A DNA stretch of 43,476 nucleotides from Octopus bimaculoides (lineage: Eukaryota): assembly GCF_001194135.2 (NCBI RefSeq), contig NC_068991.1, positions 20,917,073 through 20,960,548 of the forward strand, in the 5' to 3' direction. Position numbers and translations under genes: made by a program. The notes beneath the pieces are model-generated. The model saw only the letters and a list, made by a program, of their open reading frames with translations. It searched no databases and had not been told where the DNA came from. How positions within the stretch are numbered: position 1 is the stretch's first letter; each line of letters opens with the position of its first letter. Positions 1 to 12,456 of the stretch are shown piece by piece.

Positions 1-64
1 ATTATTAGACTTTATGGTATGACTGTCCCTACGTCTTCTACACCTCATCATGCTCATGGCCAAA

Positions 65-352
65 TCAGTGAATGGTTGCTGAAAGCAGATTGGGATCAGG
101 CAATACTTCACCGAGAGGAGATATAAGCTTCTGCTTATTCCTGTCTGAAGTATCGTCCGATACTTCAGACTTATCGTCCGATGAATTTACTTTGTTGACA
201 TTCTTCATCGATAGAATTTTTATAACTTTCAACCTTTCAGTCAAGTCCGCCTTTCTTCCAGTAACATACTGTCCATATAATCTTAAATATTTCTTTAACT
301 CAGGCACAGTAAGTACTTCAATAGCGGAATCATCGAGCTGCTTTATATCCAT
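65..352 (-). pseudogene. SAP-domain ORF remnant, probably a DNA-transposon accessory gene
   Basis: From ATG at 352: MDIKQLDDSAIEVLTVPELKKYLRLYGQYVTGRKADLTERLK. LTVPELKKYLRLYGQYVTGRKADLTERL (about 230-313) fits the SAP consensus LTVxELKxxLxxxGxxxxGxKxxLxERL. It is followed by an acidic/Ser linker and LPDP, then a stop at 65-67. Confidence 0.6.
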
Positions 353-744
353 GATAAGACGTAAAACAATAACAATAGTGTGGATAGTCTGCGGAAGTTT
401 AATTGTCCACATGGAGCGCCGCCTAACCAAGGGAGATAACCTACTTGTAGGAAAGCCCTATACGAGCCGTGCACTTTCGCGCAGCTCGCTTAAGTTCTTC
501 ATGCTGGATACGTGCTCTCTCATACATACACACATACATACGACTGGGTGCTGGAAAGTTCCTGGCTTTGGGTAAAAGAAAATACAGGAGGATCAGTTAA
601 TTGTGATTTTATTAAACATATTCCCCTCTCAGATTCACACACCTTTTGCAGCGGTCCTTCAGTTTTTCTAAGCCCCGTAAAAGAACTCGGAAGGTTGAGC
701 CTCCAGCCAGACATTTCACAACACCTTATCTAAGTTATATGCTG

Positions 745-756
745 CTGCTGCTACTA

Positions 757-800
<44 letters not shown>
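745..800. repeat. (CTG)/(CTA)n microsatellite
   Basis: Direct reading of the sequence. Confidence 0.95.
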
Positions 801-801
<1 letters not shown>

Positions 802-803
802 TG

Positions 804-973
804 GGTAAATTTTCAGATTAACACCCGCACGATTTTCACTAGGGTGTTAGGGTGGGAATTCTGTCCCTAACCCTAAAACCCTAACCCTAACCTTAACCCT
901 AAAACACTAACCCTAAAACTCTAACCCTAACACCGTAATGAAAATCTTGCGGGTATTAATCTGAAAATTTACC
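804..973. mobile_element. Small fold-back/MITE-like element with about 50-bp inverted arms around a CCCTAA-like array
   Basis: ggtaaattttcagattaacacccgcacgattttcactagggtgttaggg (from 804) is the reverse complement, with about 4 mismatches, of ccctaacaccgtaatgaaaatcttgcgggtattaatctgaaaatttacc (ending 973). The centre holds degenerate ccctaa repeats. Confidence 0.7.
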
Positions 974-3900
974 AAACTCTGTGCTTGCTTGCTTGATTGA
1001 TTGTCTGTCATTGTCTGTCATTGTTTGTCTTAATTGATTGTCTGTCATACAGGCAGACCGGTGCATATATGGGAAATACTCTGAAAGTAAAGCACCCTTG
1101 AAACCTGAATACAAGCGGAATAAAATAAGTTTCATGTAAATCGGACTATAGGTTTCCGAGATACATGTTCCCACAAATTTTAAGCAGTAAAACCTGGAGT
1201 TATTGCCCTTTACTGTGAACACCGGATTATTTTTGTTGGCATAACTACAGATATGTACCCCACCGATTTTGTTGCCTCATAACTTCCAGAAAAATTGATA
1301 CTTTAAAAAAAAATTTTAATGAAAAAAAAAAAGTTTTGAAATTCCTCACCATCTCACTCCAGACCGATTTTGGCCATTTTTTTTCTTTTAATTTAAAAAT
1401 CATGGCGGAGCCCTTTCGCTAAAGAAAAAAAAATGTTAAAATTTTCAGAGGAAAAGCTGTACGGTTCAAGGGAGATTTGGCTGTTGTTTCTAGCACATCC
1501 CAAACCACCCTCCGTTTTCACTTTCACATGTATTGATGTTTTCTCAATACTTTTCTCCCATTAAACATTTTATGGAATGATGATGCCGAAGTAACACACG
1601 CGTGGTCCGTTGGTGGAATACAAGCAAAAAAAAAAAAAAATGTAACTTTAAATTTTACTCCCACCTNNNNNNNNNNNNNNNNNNNNNNNNNNNNNNNNNN
1701 NNNNNNNNNNNNNNNNNNNNNNNNNNNNNNNNNNNNNNNNNNNNNNNNNNNNNNNNNNNNNNNNNNNNNNNNNNNNNNNNNNNNNNNNNNNNNNNNNNNN
1801 NNNNNNNNNNNNNNNNNNNNNNNNNNNNNNNNNNNNNNNNNNNNNNNNNNNNNNNNNNNNNNNNNNNNNNNNNNNNNNNNNNNNNNNNNNNNNNNNNNNN
1901 NNNNNNNNNNNNNNNNNNNNNNNNNNNNNNNNNNNNNNNNNNNNNNNNNNNNNNNNNNNNNNNNNNNNNNNNNNNNNNNNNNNNNNNNNNNNNNNNNNNN
2001 NNNNNNNNNNNNNNNNNNNNNNNNNNNNNNNNNNNNNNNNNNNNNNNNNNNNNNNNNNNNNNNNNNNNNNNNNNNNNNNNNNNNNNNNNNNNNNNNNNNN
2101 NNNNNNNNNNNNNNNNNNNNNNNNNNNNNNNNNNNNNNNNNNNNNNNNNNNNNNNNNNNNNNNNNNNNNNNNNNNNNNNNNNNNNNNNNNNNNNNNNNNN
2201 NNNNNNNNNNNNNNNNNNNNNNNNNNNNNNNNNNNNNNNNNNNNNNNNNNNNNNNNNNNNNNNNNNNNNNNNNNNNNNNNNNNNNNNNNNNNNNNNNNNN
2301 NNNNNNNNNNNNNNNNNNNNNNNNNNNNNNNNNNNNNNNNNNNNNNNNNNNNNNNNNNNNNNNNNNNNNNNNNNNNNNNNNNNNNNNNNNNNNNNNNNNN
2401 NNNNNNNNNNNNNNNNNNNNNNNNNNNNNNNNNNNNNNNNNNNNNNNNNNNNNNTTGGGAAATTTGGGTAAATTTTAACCAATCAACAGACATTGAGGCA
2501 TTAACAACTTGTTACCATAACAACCGCTCGTTGTGTTGTGTTTCACTTCACCCACGTCTGTGCCGCACGTTGTACTATGTTGATTCTTTACACCATGAGA
2601 CTCATTTCACCCGCGTGTTTTGCTTTAATTTTTCTGTAGGGTGGTACAGATAATTTGACTGTATTTTTGAATTCTGCATGCAAAAACATATAAGATACAG
2701 GCATTCTTTTCCTTGGGACAAATTCTTTGTTGACCAGTGTTATTCTTATCATAGTTTACAAGTCCAAGCATGAAAGCGTTACTCAATTTTGGAGTTTTAG
2801 AGACAGACGCCCCCTTTTCACACACACACACACACACACACGAATGCATTAATGTACATAAAAACTTATATATGAATACTTACATCCACATGCACTTATA
2901 ATATATTAATGATGTACACAAATACATGACATATACCTAATACTGAAATACGCATAAAGTAAACATGCAGACAAATATATTAATATAACAAATTTAAAAA
3001 ATAATAAAAACATACAAAACTCTATGGAAATCAATGAAGAGACAAAAGATACACGTTGACTTATTACGTAACAGGTCATTTCACAGACGCTAATCTATAA
3101 ATTTCACAGGGTACAACCTTAAAGTTGACACCGTTACAAAGCAGAACATTTCTGTCTCACTATTAGCTAAAAACACACAGTTTTTTCGATTTTTAAACCT
3201 CTATAACTTTTTCCTTAAAATTTTTCTCCACAAGATCATGGGTTCATAGCAATAAGAGTGGAAAACTACATCAAAATAACCGATTTTCAGATTTTCTACT
3301 TCCTTTAAAAAAATGCAGATTCTGTGAATCCATTTAACAAGATCCGCTCGTTTAATTTGTATTTGGTATTCCACTGAATTTGTACTTGGCATTATGTCTG
3401 AAAAATGGTAAGATTTATTCAAATTTTAGAAACGTTAAACTAAAGTTGTGAAGGAATAACAGAGCTACAACAAAAATACCATAAAACACTAGGCTAAAAA
3501 TATTTTTCGTGATACTTAAAATTACATTGGAATGCGTTAAAATTAAATGAGGGGTAAAGACATATAAAAAAAGGAAGGAATTTATCTGACAACCAAATGT
3601 TCAATTATTTATTTATTCATTTATTTATTTATTTTCTTATTTGACAATTCTTAGGTCATCGTAAACTTTGACGCATGAACTATCAAACGTAAGAATATAT
3701 AAACCAAAATCAGTCCTACCAATGGTGACTATGATCAGTGGCATTCTAGCCGTAGCCACCTCACCTTTCTCTAAGGCATTGCATATCCAGAATTACAATA
3801 TTCAATATGTTTTATCCCTCCTCTATTCAAGATGCTAAGATTTAATTTAAAGGAGATTTGACTGGTGTTTCTGGCATCCATCTTTGTGTCGAAGCCATTT

Positions 3901-4062
3901 TGACTGTTGTTGTTTAATTGTTGTTTAGCGCCACATCTGCCATAATTGAATATCAGAGTTATAATCAAAGTCATTCCAAACATGGCATTTCCATCTTTTT
4001 CTTAGATAGAGCCCATCAAAACTTATAGTATACAAAATGTTCTTTTCTAAGACGATAGCAGG

Positions 4063-4657
4063 CAGAGCTGGTTTTAAAACAATTAGGCAAATATGTTCAA
4101 ACTGGGCCCTGCGCCAAGTGTGGGCCCCGCGCCAAGAGAGAACCCCGCAATAAGAAAGGGCCTCACACCAAGAGAGGCCTCCCCCACCTACACACTCAAG
4201 CGGAGGACGCTATGATGAATTAAACCCTTTGACTGCGTCGAGCAAAAATACCCACACGATTCTTATTATCTTTTCGTGAGACAAGCGGATTCACCACATG
4301 ACATTAGAAAGACGTCTTATTTAACAGCATTTTCTGCGAAATGAGTGCCTCGCAACGTCTGATAGGCAAGGTTTCATAGTCAGCTCAGCTCAATTATATC
4401 AACAAGTACAAGGCCTGTTCACAAACAGTATATCCCTAATTATCTTGACTTGTAATAAAGCATTAAAACTTTCATATGAGCTTTCAAGTTTTAGTATATC
4501 ATTGTGGCTAATGGGGGCGCCTCAAACCCTCAACGCTTTTTGTTCGGGTCTGGCGTACTGGACGAAACATAAAACATCAATCTTAAGTTTTTGTAGAGTC
4601 GAGGGCCCAACTGACAATTTTCTAATTTGGCTCCGCACTTCCTTGCGCCGGCTCTTG
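4063..4657. mobile_element. Possible non-autonomous hAT-like element
   Basis: Ends cagagctgg ... ccggctcttg resemble CAGGGCCGG/CCGGCCCTG termini, and the subterminal region has repeated gggccc motifs. No clean 8-bp target-site duplication. Confidence 0.3.
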
Positions 4658-4769
4658 TAGCGAGTGCTTGGAGGGAGATTTGGCTGCTATTTCAAACGGG
4701 CTGAAGAGATAGCAAAAACGTTTCTCTGTTGGCTCATAGTCCTCTTGTTGACTTGTGATGGTGGTATTG

Positions 4770-5545
4770 GTGTTACTGATTTTGGCGATGTCTATGATAG
4801 CAGTAGTGGTAATGTTGGTGGTGGAATGATGGTGGTAATGTTGGGAGTGGTGGTGAGGGTGATGGTGACAATGGTAGTAGCAGTGGTGATAGTGGTAGTT
4901 GTAGTGATGATTGTGCTAGTATTGGTTGTGGTTTCGTGGTGTTGGTAGTGTTGCTATTGGTAATGATAGGGCTGACTATGGTGGTAATGGTAGTTGTAGT
5001 GGTGATTGAGATGATAATGGTGGTGGTGGTGATGGAAGTGTTGGTTGTGGTATTGGCAATGGTGGTAATGATTGTGATAGTAGAGGCAGTTCTGTCGGTA
5101 GTAGTGGTGTTGGTGGTGGTTGTGTTAGTGCTGGAGGTAGTGACGCTGTTGGTGGTAGTGGTGGTGGTATTGGTGTTGTTGTGGTTGGTGTTGGTGGTGT
5201 TAATGAAGGTGGTGAGGAAAGATTCAATGAGTAACTATGGCGACAGTAGAGGTGCCAGCAATTTGTAATGGCGGGCCGAGGCGTGGGAAAGGCCTATAAG
5301 AAACATGGCCACCACCACCACCACCACTACCACCACTGCTGCGGCCGCTGCCACCACCACCAACAACAGTAACAATACCAATAACAGCAACAACAGAAAC
5401 CATACTGCAATCACTACCACCTACACAAATGATACCACCACCACCACCACCACCACCACAGCCACTACCACTCCACCACCAACAACAACCACATCACTAC
5501 CGCCACAGTCAGCACCACTATCAACAACAACCGACACAAACAGCA
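4770..5545. repeat. GGT-rich and ACC-rich low-complexity tracts in inverted arrangement around a short unique core
   Basis: GGT/GTG/GTA-rich 4770-5215, unique core about 5220-5305, CAC/ACC/CAA-rich 5308-5545. Confidence 0.85.
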
Positions 5546-5636
5546 ACGATATAATCCCATTCATCCAAGATAATCTCCATGACTTTACAAAGTGCGAAGA
5601 AAGACACCGCAGTCATTTCTCAGAACAAAAGGGCTC

Positions 5637-5889
5637 CGATGCTACTAGTCACTGTTTATGTTATTCTTCCATAGAAAATGAATTTTGTCTGACTCTGATT
5701 TAACGAATTAAATTATCTACGACTGAGTGCAAAATTAGGTATATATATATATACTTTCCGTATTCCCGAGCGTCATACTAATATATACTTTTGTTATTTA
5801 CACCACCTGTCCTCGTCTGTTGTTATTATTTGTATATTCTCCCATATATATATATATATATATGTATACCTATTTCTCTCTCTCTCATT

Positions 5890-5941
<52 letters not shown>

Positions 5942-6179
5942 NNNNNNNNNNNNNNNNNNNNNNNNNNNNNNNNNNNNNNNNNNNNNNNNNNNNNNNNNNN
6001 NNNNNNNNNNNNNNNNNNNNNNNNNNNNNNNNNNNNNNNNNNNNNNNNNNNNNNNNNNNNNCGATGCTACTAGTCACTGTTTATGTTATTCTTCCATAGA
6101 AAATGAATTTTGTCTGACTCTGATTTAACGAATTAAATTATCTACGACTGAGTGCAAAATTAGGTATATATATATATAC
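5637..6179 (+). repeat. 118-bp exact direct duplication across an N-gap (5637-5754 = 6062-6179)
   Basis: cgatgctactagtc...aggtatatatatatatac is identical in both copies. Confidence 0.9.
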
Positions 6180-6830
6180 CAGGTCATTAAGAACGTCCGA
6201 TTTTGAACTGAAAGTTTATTTTACTTTATCTCAACAAAAAGCTATGCAGTTAATCAAAATATGTACCTAAATTATCAACACAATTTTGCCATTTTATCGC
6301 TAGCTTATTTATGCCGACAGCGAAGAATTTTGGAGAACAAGAGGTGATGAAATCACGAAAGGCTGTTTTTTGCATCTTCTTCAGATTTGAAGTTGTTTCC
6401 TTGTAAAATGTTGTCTAATGCCAGGAAAACGTGATAGTCAATTGGTGCAAGGTATGGCGAATACGGTAGATGACAGAGCACTTCCAAATTCAGTTCCTGT
6501 AACTTGAGTAGCGTTCTTTGTGTAACATGTGGTCGAGCATTGTTTTGAAAGAGAATTGGCCTGTTTCTATTGACCAATCTCGGTTGTTTACTTGCAAGTT
6601 CTCTCATTATTTCATCCAATTGGTTGATGTATACATTCGCTGTAATTGACTTACCAGGTCTCATGAAGCTATAGTGGATGACAACAGCGCAGGACCACCA
6701 AAACAGACACCAAATAAAATGACCAAGCAAAACTTTAATACACTTAAATGATCTGGCATTGAAAGCAGAGTTGGTACAGAAACATTTGTAACAGATCATT
6801 AAAGATGTGTTAAAACCTTTCTTTTTCTTC
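6179..6830 (-). mobile_element. Mariner (DD34D) transposon relic, 3' half with one TIR
   Basis: ORF 6353-6865 encodes WWSCAVVIHYSF...QLDEI...RPILFQNNARPH (consensus HDNARPH, second Asp lost)...HLPYSPYLAPIDYHVF (consensus YSPDLAPxDYHLF). The terminus TA|CCAGGTCATT at 6177-6188 resembles the CCAGGT start of mariner TIRs. Confidence 0.9.
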
Positions 6831-7157
6831 TTGTTTGGATTATATTTACATATAGACATACACACTCACAGGGAGAGAGAAAAGATAGAGAGACTGAGGA
6901 AGACTTGGGACTAAGCGGTGATGATTAATCTTCCGATATCGCAACTTAACATATAAGGGACACAGATTCGTGATGTTTGGTGACAAAATCCAAGCGTGGC
7001 GGAATAAGCGTTAAACTGAAGGTCAGTGATTGTGATTGTGGTATCTAACGCGTATCTATATCAACACATTTCACTCATTTTGCTTCTCTTAGTCTCCTTC
7101 TGCAACCATGCTCGCCTATTCCACTCATCCTCTCACCTTTCTGTTTGTCCTTTCGGT

Positions 7158-7378
7158 TGTCAAGCGATGGTGGGGAGACAAACACAGACACAAAGGCACA
7201 CATATAAATATATACATATATATATACGTTTGGCTTCTTTCAGTTTCTGTCCACCAAATCTACTCAGAAGGCTCGCAAGGTTTTAGTCGACCCGAGGCTA
7301 TAGTAGAAGACACTTACCGAAGTTGCCACGCAGTGGGATTGAACCCGCAAACATGTGGTTGGAAAGCAAACTTCTTAG
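7158..7378 (-). mobile_element. tRNA-derived SINE family A, partial and diverged
   Basis: Homologous to the full copies at 28578-28982 and 36519-36931. Confidence 0.75.
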
Positions 7379-7449
7379 CACACACACACACACAAACACA
7401 CACACATACACACACACACATACACACACACACACACACACACATTGGC

Positions 7450-7695
7450 TCACGTTACCACCAGCACTGACCTATGCTTCCAACCCACCGTGAAGCGATT
7501 TAATCGTCACTACAAAGAGATCAGGACATCCAAGTTCGCCGAGTATTTTCCACGGCCTGTCGCAGGATGACTAATTTTTGCTAGCTGAGTGGGTGGGAGA
7601 AACATGAAATAAAACATAACGCCCAGTCTGAGAAATCGAAACCTTGGTCTTAGGATTACGAGTAGAACAACCTAACCACTAGGACACACACCTTC
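7450..7695 (-). mobile_element. Old SINE related to family B (head at right end)
   Basis: cataacgcccagtctgagaaatcgaaacc...cctaaccactaggac matches the family B head with many substitutions. Confidence 0.5.
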
Positions 7696-7794
7696 ATTGG
7701 TAGTAAATTATATGAGATGAAAATGATTCTTGAAATATTTTGTGTATGTCTTGTTTGTTTTCGTTTTATACAGTTTATTATCGTTGTTATAGTA

Positions 7795-7800
7795 GTAGAA

Positions 7801-7845
<45 letters not shown>

Positions 7846-7850
7846 ACAGC

Positions 7851-7909
<59 letters not shown>

Positions 7910-7910
7910 C
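7795..7910. repeat. (GTA)n microsatellite
   Basis: Direct reading of the sequence. Confidence 0.95.
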
Positions 7911-8213
7911 TGGTGCTACAGTTGTGTTCAGCCTAGCAACAGTACATGACAACACACATTTCTGTTACCAAGCTACAATACCCAGGTAGGATGGCAACAC
8001 GACGGTTGGAATCAGGGTGGAATCAAGTTAGAGTAAACCCTAAACCAATACACATTCTCCTATTGTCGTTTCAGTTGTTACACCCCACCGTAACACCGCG
8101 CCGCCTTTAAATAACCACACCCTCCTCCTCGTAATTTCATTGTTTTTACCTCCCAACCCAATATTTCTGCTCGTTCCTTTTTCGTCTGCTTCACCTTAGT
8201 TTTCTAAGGTGCG

Positions 8214-8246
<33 letters not shown>

Positions 8247-8260
8247 GTCAGTATGCATGA

Positions 8261-8326
<66 letters not shown>

Positions 8327-8332
8327 CTTGTG

Positions 8333-8433
8333 TATGTTGCTGTGTGGTAAGATGCTTGCTTCGCAACCACTTGGTTCCAGGCTCAGTCCCACTGCGTTGC
8401 ACTTTGGGCAAGTGTCTTGTACTATAGCCTCTG
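8333..8433 (+). mobile_element. SINE family A head fragment
   Basis: ttgctgtgtggtaagatgcttgc...ggctcagtcccactgcg...ttgggcaagtgtctt...ctatagcctc. Confidence 0.75.
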
Positions 8434-8591
8434 GTGTGTGTGTTACACACACACCAGAGGTGGCTCTTGGAACTGCATCACCCGCTATTTCCACTCGATA
8501 TTATCGATAACATTCAAGTCCTTTTTTCTTTAATTCTTTCTTTATACTTGTACATTATATCATCCTTAAGCTTAATATACACGCTTAGTAT

Positions 8592-8630
<39 letters not shown>

Positions 8631-8641
8631 GTATATATATT

Positions 8642-8672
<31 letters not shown>

Positions 8673-10699
8673 GTATATATTTATATATATATATATAAAT
8701 TCATAAGAATGGTACAACAAGGTACCGATATTTGCTGGAGAATAGCAATCGATATAAAAACGACGCTAATTGTATATATATAATCTATNNNNNNNNNNNN
8801 NNNNNNNNNNNNNNNNNNNNNNNNNNNNNNNNNNNNNNNNNNNNNNNNNNNNNNNNNNNNNNNNNNNNNNNNNNNNNNNNNNNNNNNNNNNNNNNNNNNN
8901 NNNNNNNNNNNNNNNNNNNNNNNNNNNNNNNNNNNNNNNNNNNNNNNNNNNNNNNNNNNNNNNNNNNNNNNNNNNNNNNNNNNNNNNNNNNNNNNNNNNN
9001 NNNNNNNNNNNNNNNNNNNNNNNNNNNNNNNNNNNNNNNNNNNNNNNNNNNNNNNNNNNNNNNNNNNNNNNNNNNNNNNNNNNNNNNNNNNNNNNNNNNN
9101 NNNNNNNNNNNNNNNNNNNNNNNNNNNNNNNNNNNNNNNNNNNNNNNNNNNNNNNNNNNNNNNNNNNNNNNNNNNNNNNNNNNNNNNNNNNNNNNNNNNN
9201 NNNNNNNNNNNNNNNNNNNNNNNNNNNNNNNNNNNNNNNNNNNNNNNNNNNNNNNNNNNNNNNNNNNNNNNNNNNNNNNNNNNNNNNNNNNNNNNNNNCA
9301 CACACACACACACACTCACACGTCCAGTTCATATACACGTATATACACCTTATTTTTACGGAAAGACCGAGTGAAACGCAGAATGAGAAAAAGACAGAAA
9401 GACAAGAGAAAGAATTAGAGACAGAAAACAAGCTTTTATAGAAGTTAAAAGACGGATAGCGAGTGAGAGACAGACGCTGATGTTTCATGCCTTATGTATG
9501 TTCCATAGTTGAAAGTGAAAAAAAGCCAGCACAAAATTGATTCTGCATGTTCTATAGGTGAAGGTGAAAGAAAGCGGCACAAAGAGATGGGAAAAGCGGG
9601 AGTGAAGAGGACGCCGAGAACCCCAGAAATGAGTTCGTATCGTACAATTTTAAGGTCATTTTCACTTTCGTCCCATGTTTCACGCGTTCGTTGAATTAGA
9701 CATCTTTCTCTTTCAATTTCTCATTATAATGTACGGAGACCTTCTGCTATAAACATATTACAACTTCGCTGCATTCCCTTATTTTGGAATTAAGAAAGGT
9801 ATGCAAAAATAACTTCCTTTGGCACTCACACACACACACACGCACAGAGGCACACAGACACACAGACAGACAGACAGACAGACAGAGACAGACACACACA
9901 CACACAGACACAAACACACAAACACACACACGCACGCACACATACACACACAGGCACACACACACAGGTACACACACACACACACACACACTGGCAGACA
10001 CACAGATAGATACACACAGAGACAGAGTTACAGTTCTGTATGAATTGTTATTTTTTGCTGTGCGCTAAATTACAGCTCAAATCCTATGGAAATTACCTTT
10101 TGCTATTCTGTCATTCCTGTTTGTGAGGAGCGTATTTCAAAACCTGATCTTCCATTTAANNNNNNNNNNNNNNNNNNNNNNNNNNNNNNNNNNNNNNNNN
10201 NNNNNNNNNNNNNNNNNNNNNNNNNNNNNNNNNNNNNNNNNNNNNNNNNNNNNNNNNNNNNNNNNNNNNNNNNNNNNNNNNNNNNNNNNNNNNNNNNNNN
10301 NNNNNNNNNNNNNNNNNNNNNNNNNNNNNNNNNNNNNNNNNNNNNNNNNNNNNNNNNNNNNNNNNNNNNNNNNNNNNNNNNNNNNNNNNNNNNNNNNNNN
10401 NNNNNNNNNNNNNNNNNNNNNNNNNNNNNNNNNNNNNNNNNNNNNNNNNNNNNNNNNNNNNNNNNNNNNNNNNNNNNNNNNNNNNNNNNNNNNNNNNNNN
10501 NNNNNNNAATTTTTCAAAAACAAATTATATTTCCCACATTTGTAATCTCTGTATTTTTCCACGTGCATAAAAAACAAAATTTGAAAAACAGTTAAAAATT
10601 AGTTGAAAGACACCTGTTATGTTCTTTTATTTGTATTTGTGTAACTTCCTCCGTTTTTTCCATCTTTGTTTTCATATACATTTGCTGCTTTCTTCCAAG

Positions 10700-10930
10700 G
10701 AATCTAATGCTCTTAACTTAGGTTTTGCTTGGGGCTGGCCAGATTGGAGCAATCTCGAGTATAACCAGCTGAAATTGCAAAGATAATCTGGAACTCGACT
10801 GAGGAAAGAAAACTCCGAATGACCCGTCCTTGTTTTCTTTGTCTTGTCTGTCTGGATGTTTTGTTGTCCCTTTCTTGTATCACCTAACTGACCGGATGTT
10901 TTACGTTCTTGTCCCATTTTGTATATGTAT
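10700..10930. repeat. Unclassified probable retroelement terminal fragment
   Basis: GC-normal island ending in (TA)n. I recognise it only loosely as an interspersed repeat and found no coding motif. Confidence 0.25.
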
Positions 10931-10984
10931 ATATATATAGTGAGATAGATAGATAAACAGATAGATAGGACAAAATAATGGAAA

Positions 10985-11807
10985 CACCTTATTTTAACAT
11001 GGGGCAGGACCACCTTTGCCAGTAGTTACAACTTGAATTCCACGAGGTATTATCTTGTACAAAGTTTGAATTGTTTCCAAAGGAATTTTTGTCAATTCTT
11101 CAGCTAAAATAGTCTCCAATTCTTGTAGTGATGATGGTGGAGGATATCGACTCCTAACTTATTTTTCTAAAGTGCACCATAAATGTTCAATAATATTGAG
11201 ATCTGGGGACTGTGATGGCCAGATAAGATGTTCAACTTTACTAGAATGTTCCTCGTGCCATTCAGTAACAACTTTAGCTGTGTGAATTGGTGCATTATTG
11301 CGTTTCCCTCCGGAGACAGTTCCGCAACCATAGGATGAATTTGATCAGATAAAATGCTTAAATTGTCTTGACTATTAATTCTGCCACGAAGGGATACCAT
11401 TGGCCCGTCGGATTCCCAAGATGTAGCGTCCCAGATAATCACAGATCCTCCTCTATGTTTAACAATTCGAAGAAGGCAGTCCGGGTCAAATGCTTCTTTT
11501 GACTGTCTCCACACGTATACTCGGCACGTGGTCGGAAATAAGATAAAGGATGACTCGTCCGAGAAAATAACATTCTTTCACTGCTCTAGGGCCCAATTCT
11601 GTAGGTTTTTGTTCCATTCTAAACGTTTTGCAACGTTCGTTTTTGAAAGAAGTGGTTTTCTGATTGTAGCCCTCCCGTGAAATTCGGCTTTGTGTAGCTC
11701 CCGGCGAACAAATTTCCTGGAAACTGAGTTCTCGAGGTGGTCATTAAGCTCTGCAGTAATTCTGGGAGCTGTACATTTGTGATCCTTTCTAATAATAAAG
11801 GTAAGAG
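10985..11807 (-). mobile_element. Tc1 (DD34E) transposase relic, 5' part lost in gap
   Basis: Joined frames read RKDHKCTAPRITAELNDHLENSVSRKFVRRELHK...RKPLLSKTNVAKRLEW...KNVIFSDESSF...VKHRGGSVIIW...GNA[FQDD deleted]NAPIHTAK...WPSQSPDLNIIEHLW...GGP. Contains stops and a frameshift. Confidence 0.92.
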
Positions 11808-12415
11808 NNNNNNNNNNNNNNNNNNNNNNNNNNNNNNNNNNNNNNNNNNNNNNNNNNNNNNNNNNNNNNNNNNNNNNNNNNNNNNNNNNNNNNNNNNNNN
11901 NNNNNNNNNNNNNNNNNNNNNNNNNNNNNNNNNNNNNNNNNNNNNNNNNNNNNNNNNNNNNNNNNNNNNNNNNNNNNNNNNNNNNNNNNNNNNNNNNNNN
12001 NNNNNNNNNNNNNNNNNNNNNNNNNNNNNNNNNNNNNNNNNNNNNNNNNNNNNNNNNNNNNNNNNNNNNNNNNNNNNNNNNNNNNNNNNNNNNNNNNNNN
12101 NNNNNNNNNNNNNNNNNNNNNNNNNNNNNNNNNNNNNNNNNNNNNNNNNNNNNNNNNNNNNNNNNNNNNNNNNNNNNNNNNNNNNNNNNNNNNNNNNNNN
12201 NNNNNNNNNNNNNNNNNNNNNNNNNNNNNNNNNNNNNNNNNNNNNNNNNNNNNNNNNNNNNNNNNNNNNNNNNNNNNNNNNNNNNNNNNNNNNNNNNNNN
12301 NNNNNNNNNNNNNNNNNNNNNNNNNNNNNNNNNNNNNNNNNNNNNNNNNNNNNNNNNNNNNNNNNNNNNNNNNNNNNNNNNNNNNNNNNNNNNNNNNNNN
12401 NNNNNNNNNNNNNNN

Positions 12416-12456
<41 letters not shown>

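Noticed and set aside
72-575. 167-aa plus-strand ORF
   Set aside because: Mostly the antisense shadow of the SAP ORF; no recognisable motif.
868-930. True telomere or chromosome-fusion site
   Set aside because: Arrays are short, degenerate and enclosed by inverted repeats in the middle of a contig. The same applies to 24530-24600.
3771-3983. Possible exon of an upstream gene or SLC22 paralogue
   Set aside because: No recognisable family motif or convincing splice pair. The same applies to the island at about 9510-9690.
10790-10830. Hammerhead ribozyme core (ctgagga...cgaat)
   Set aside because: GAAA is not intact and stem II does not close. Candidates near 4700 and 34350 and within the 151-bp repeat also failed by eye.
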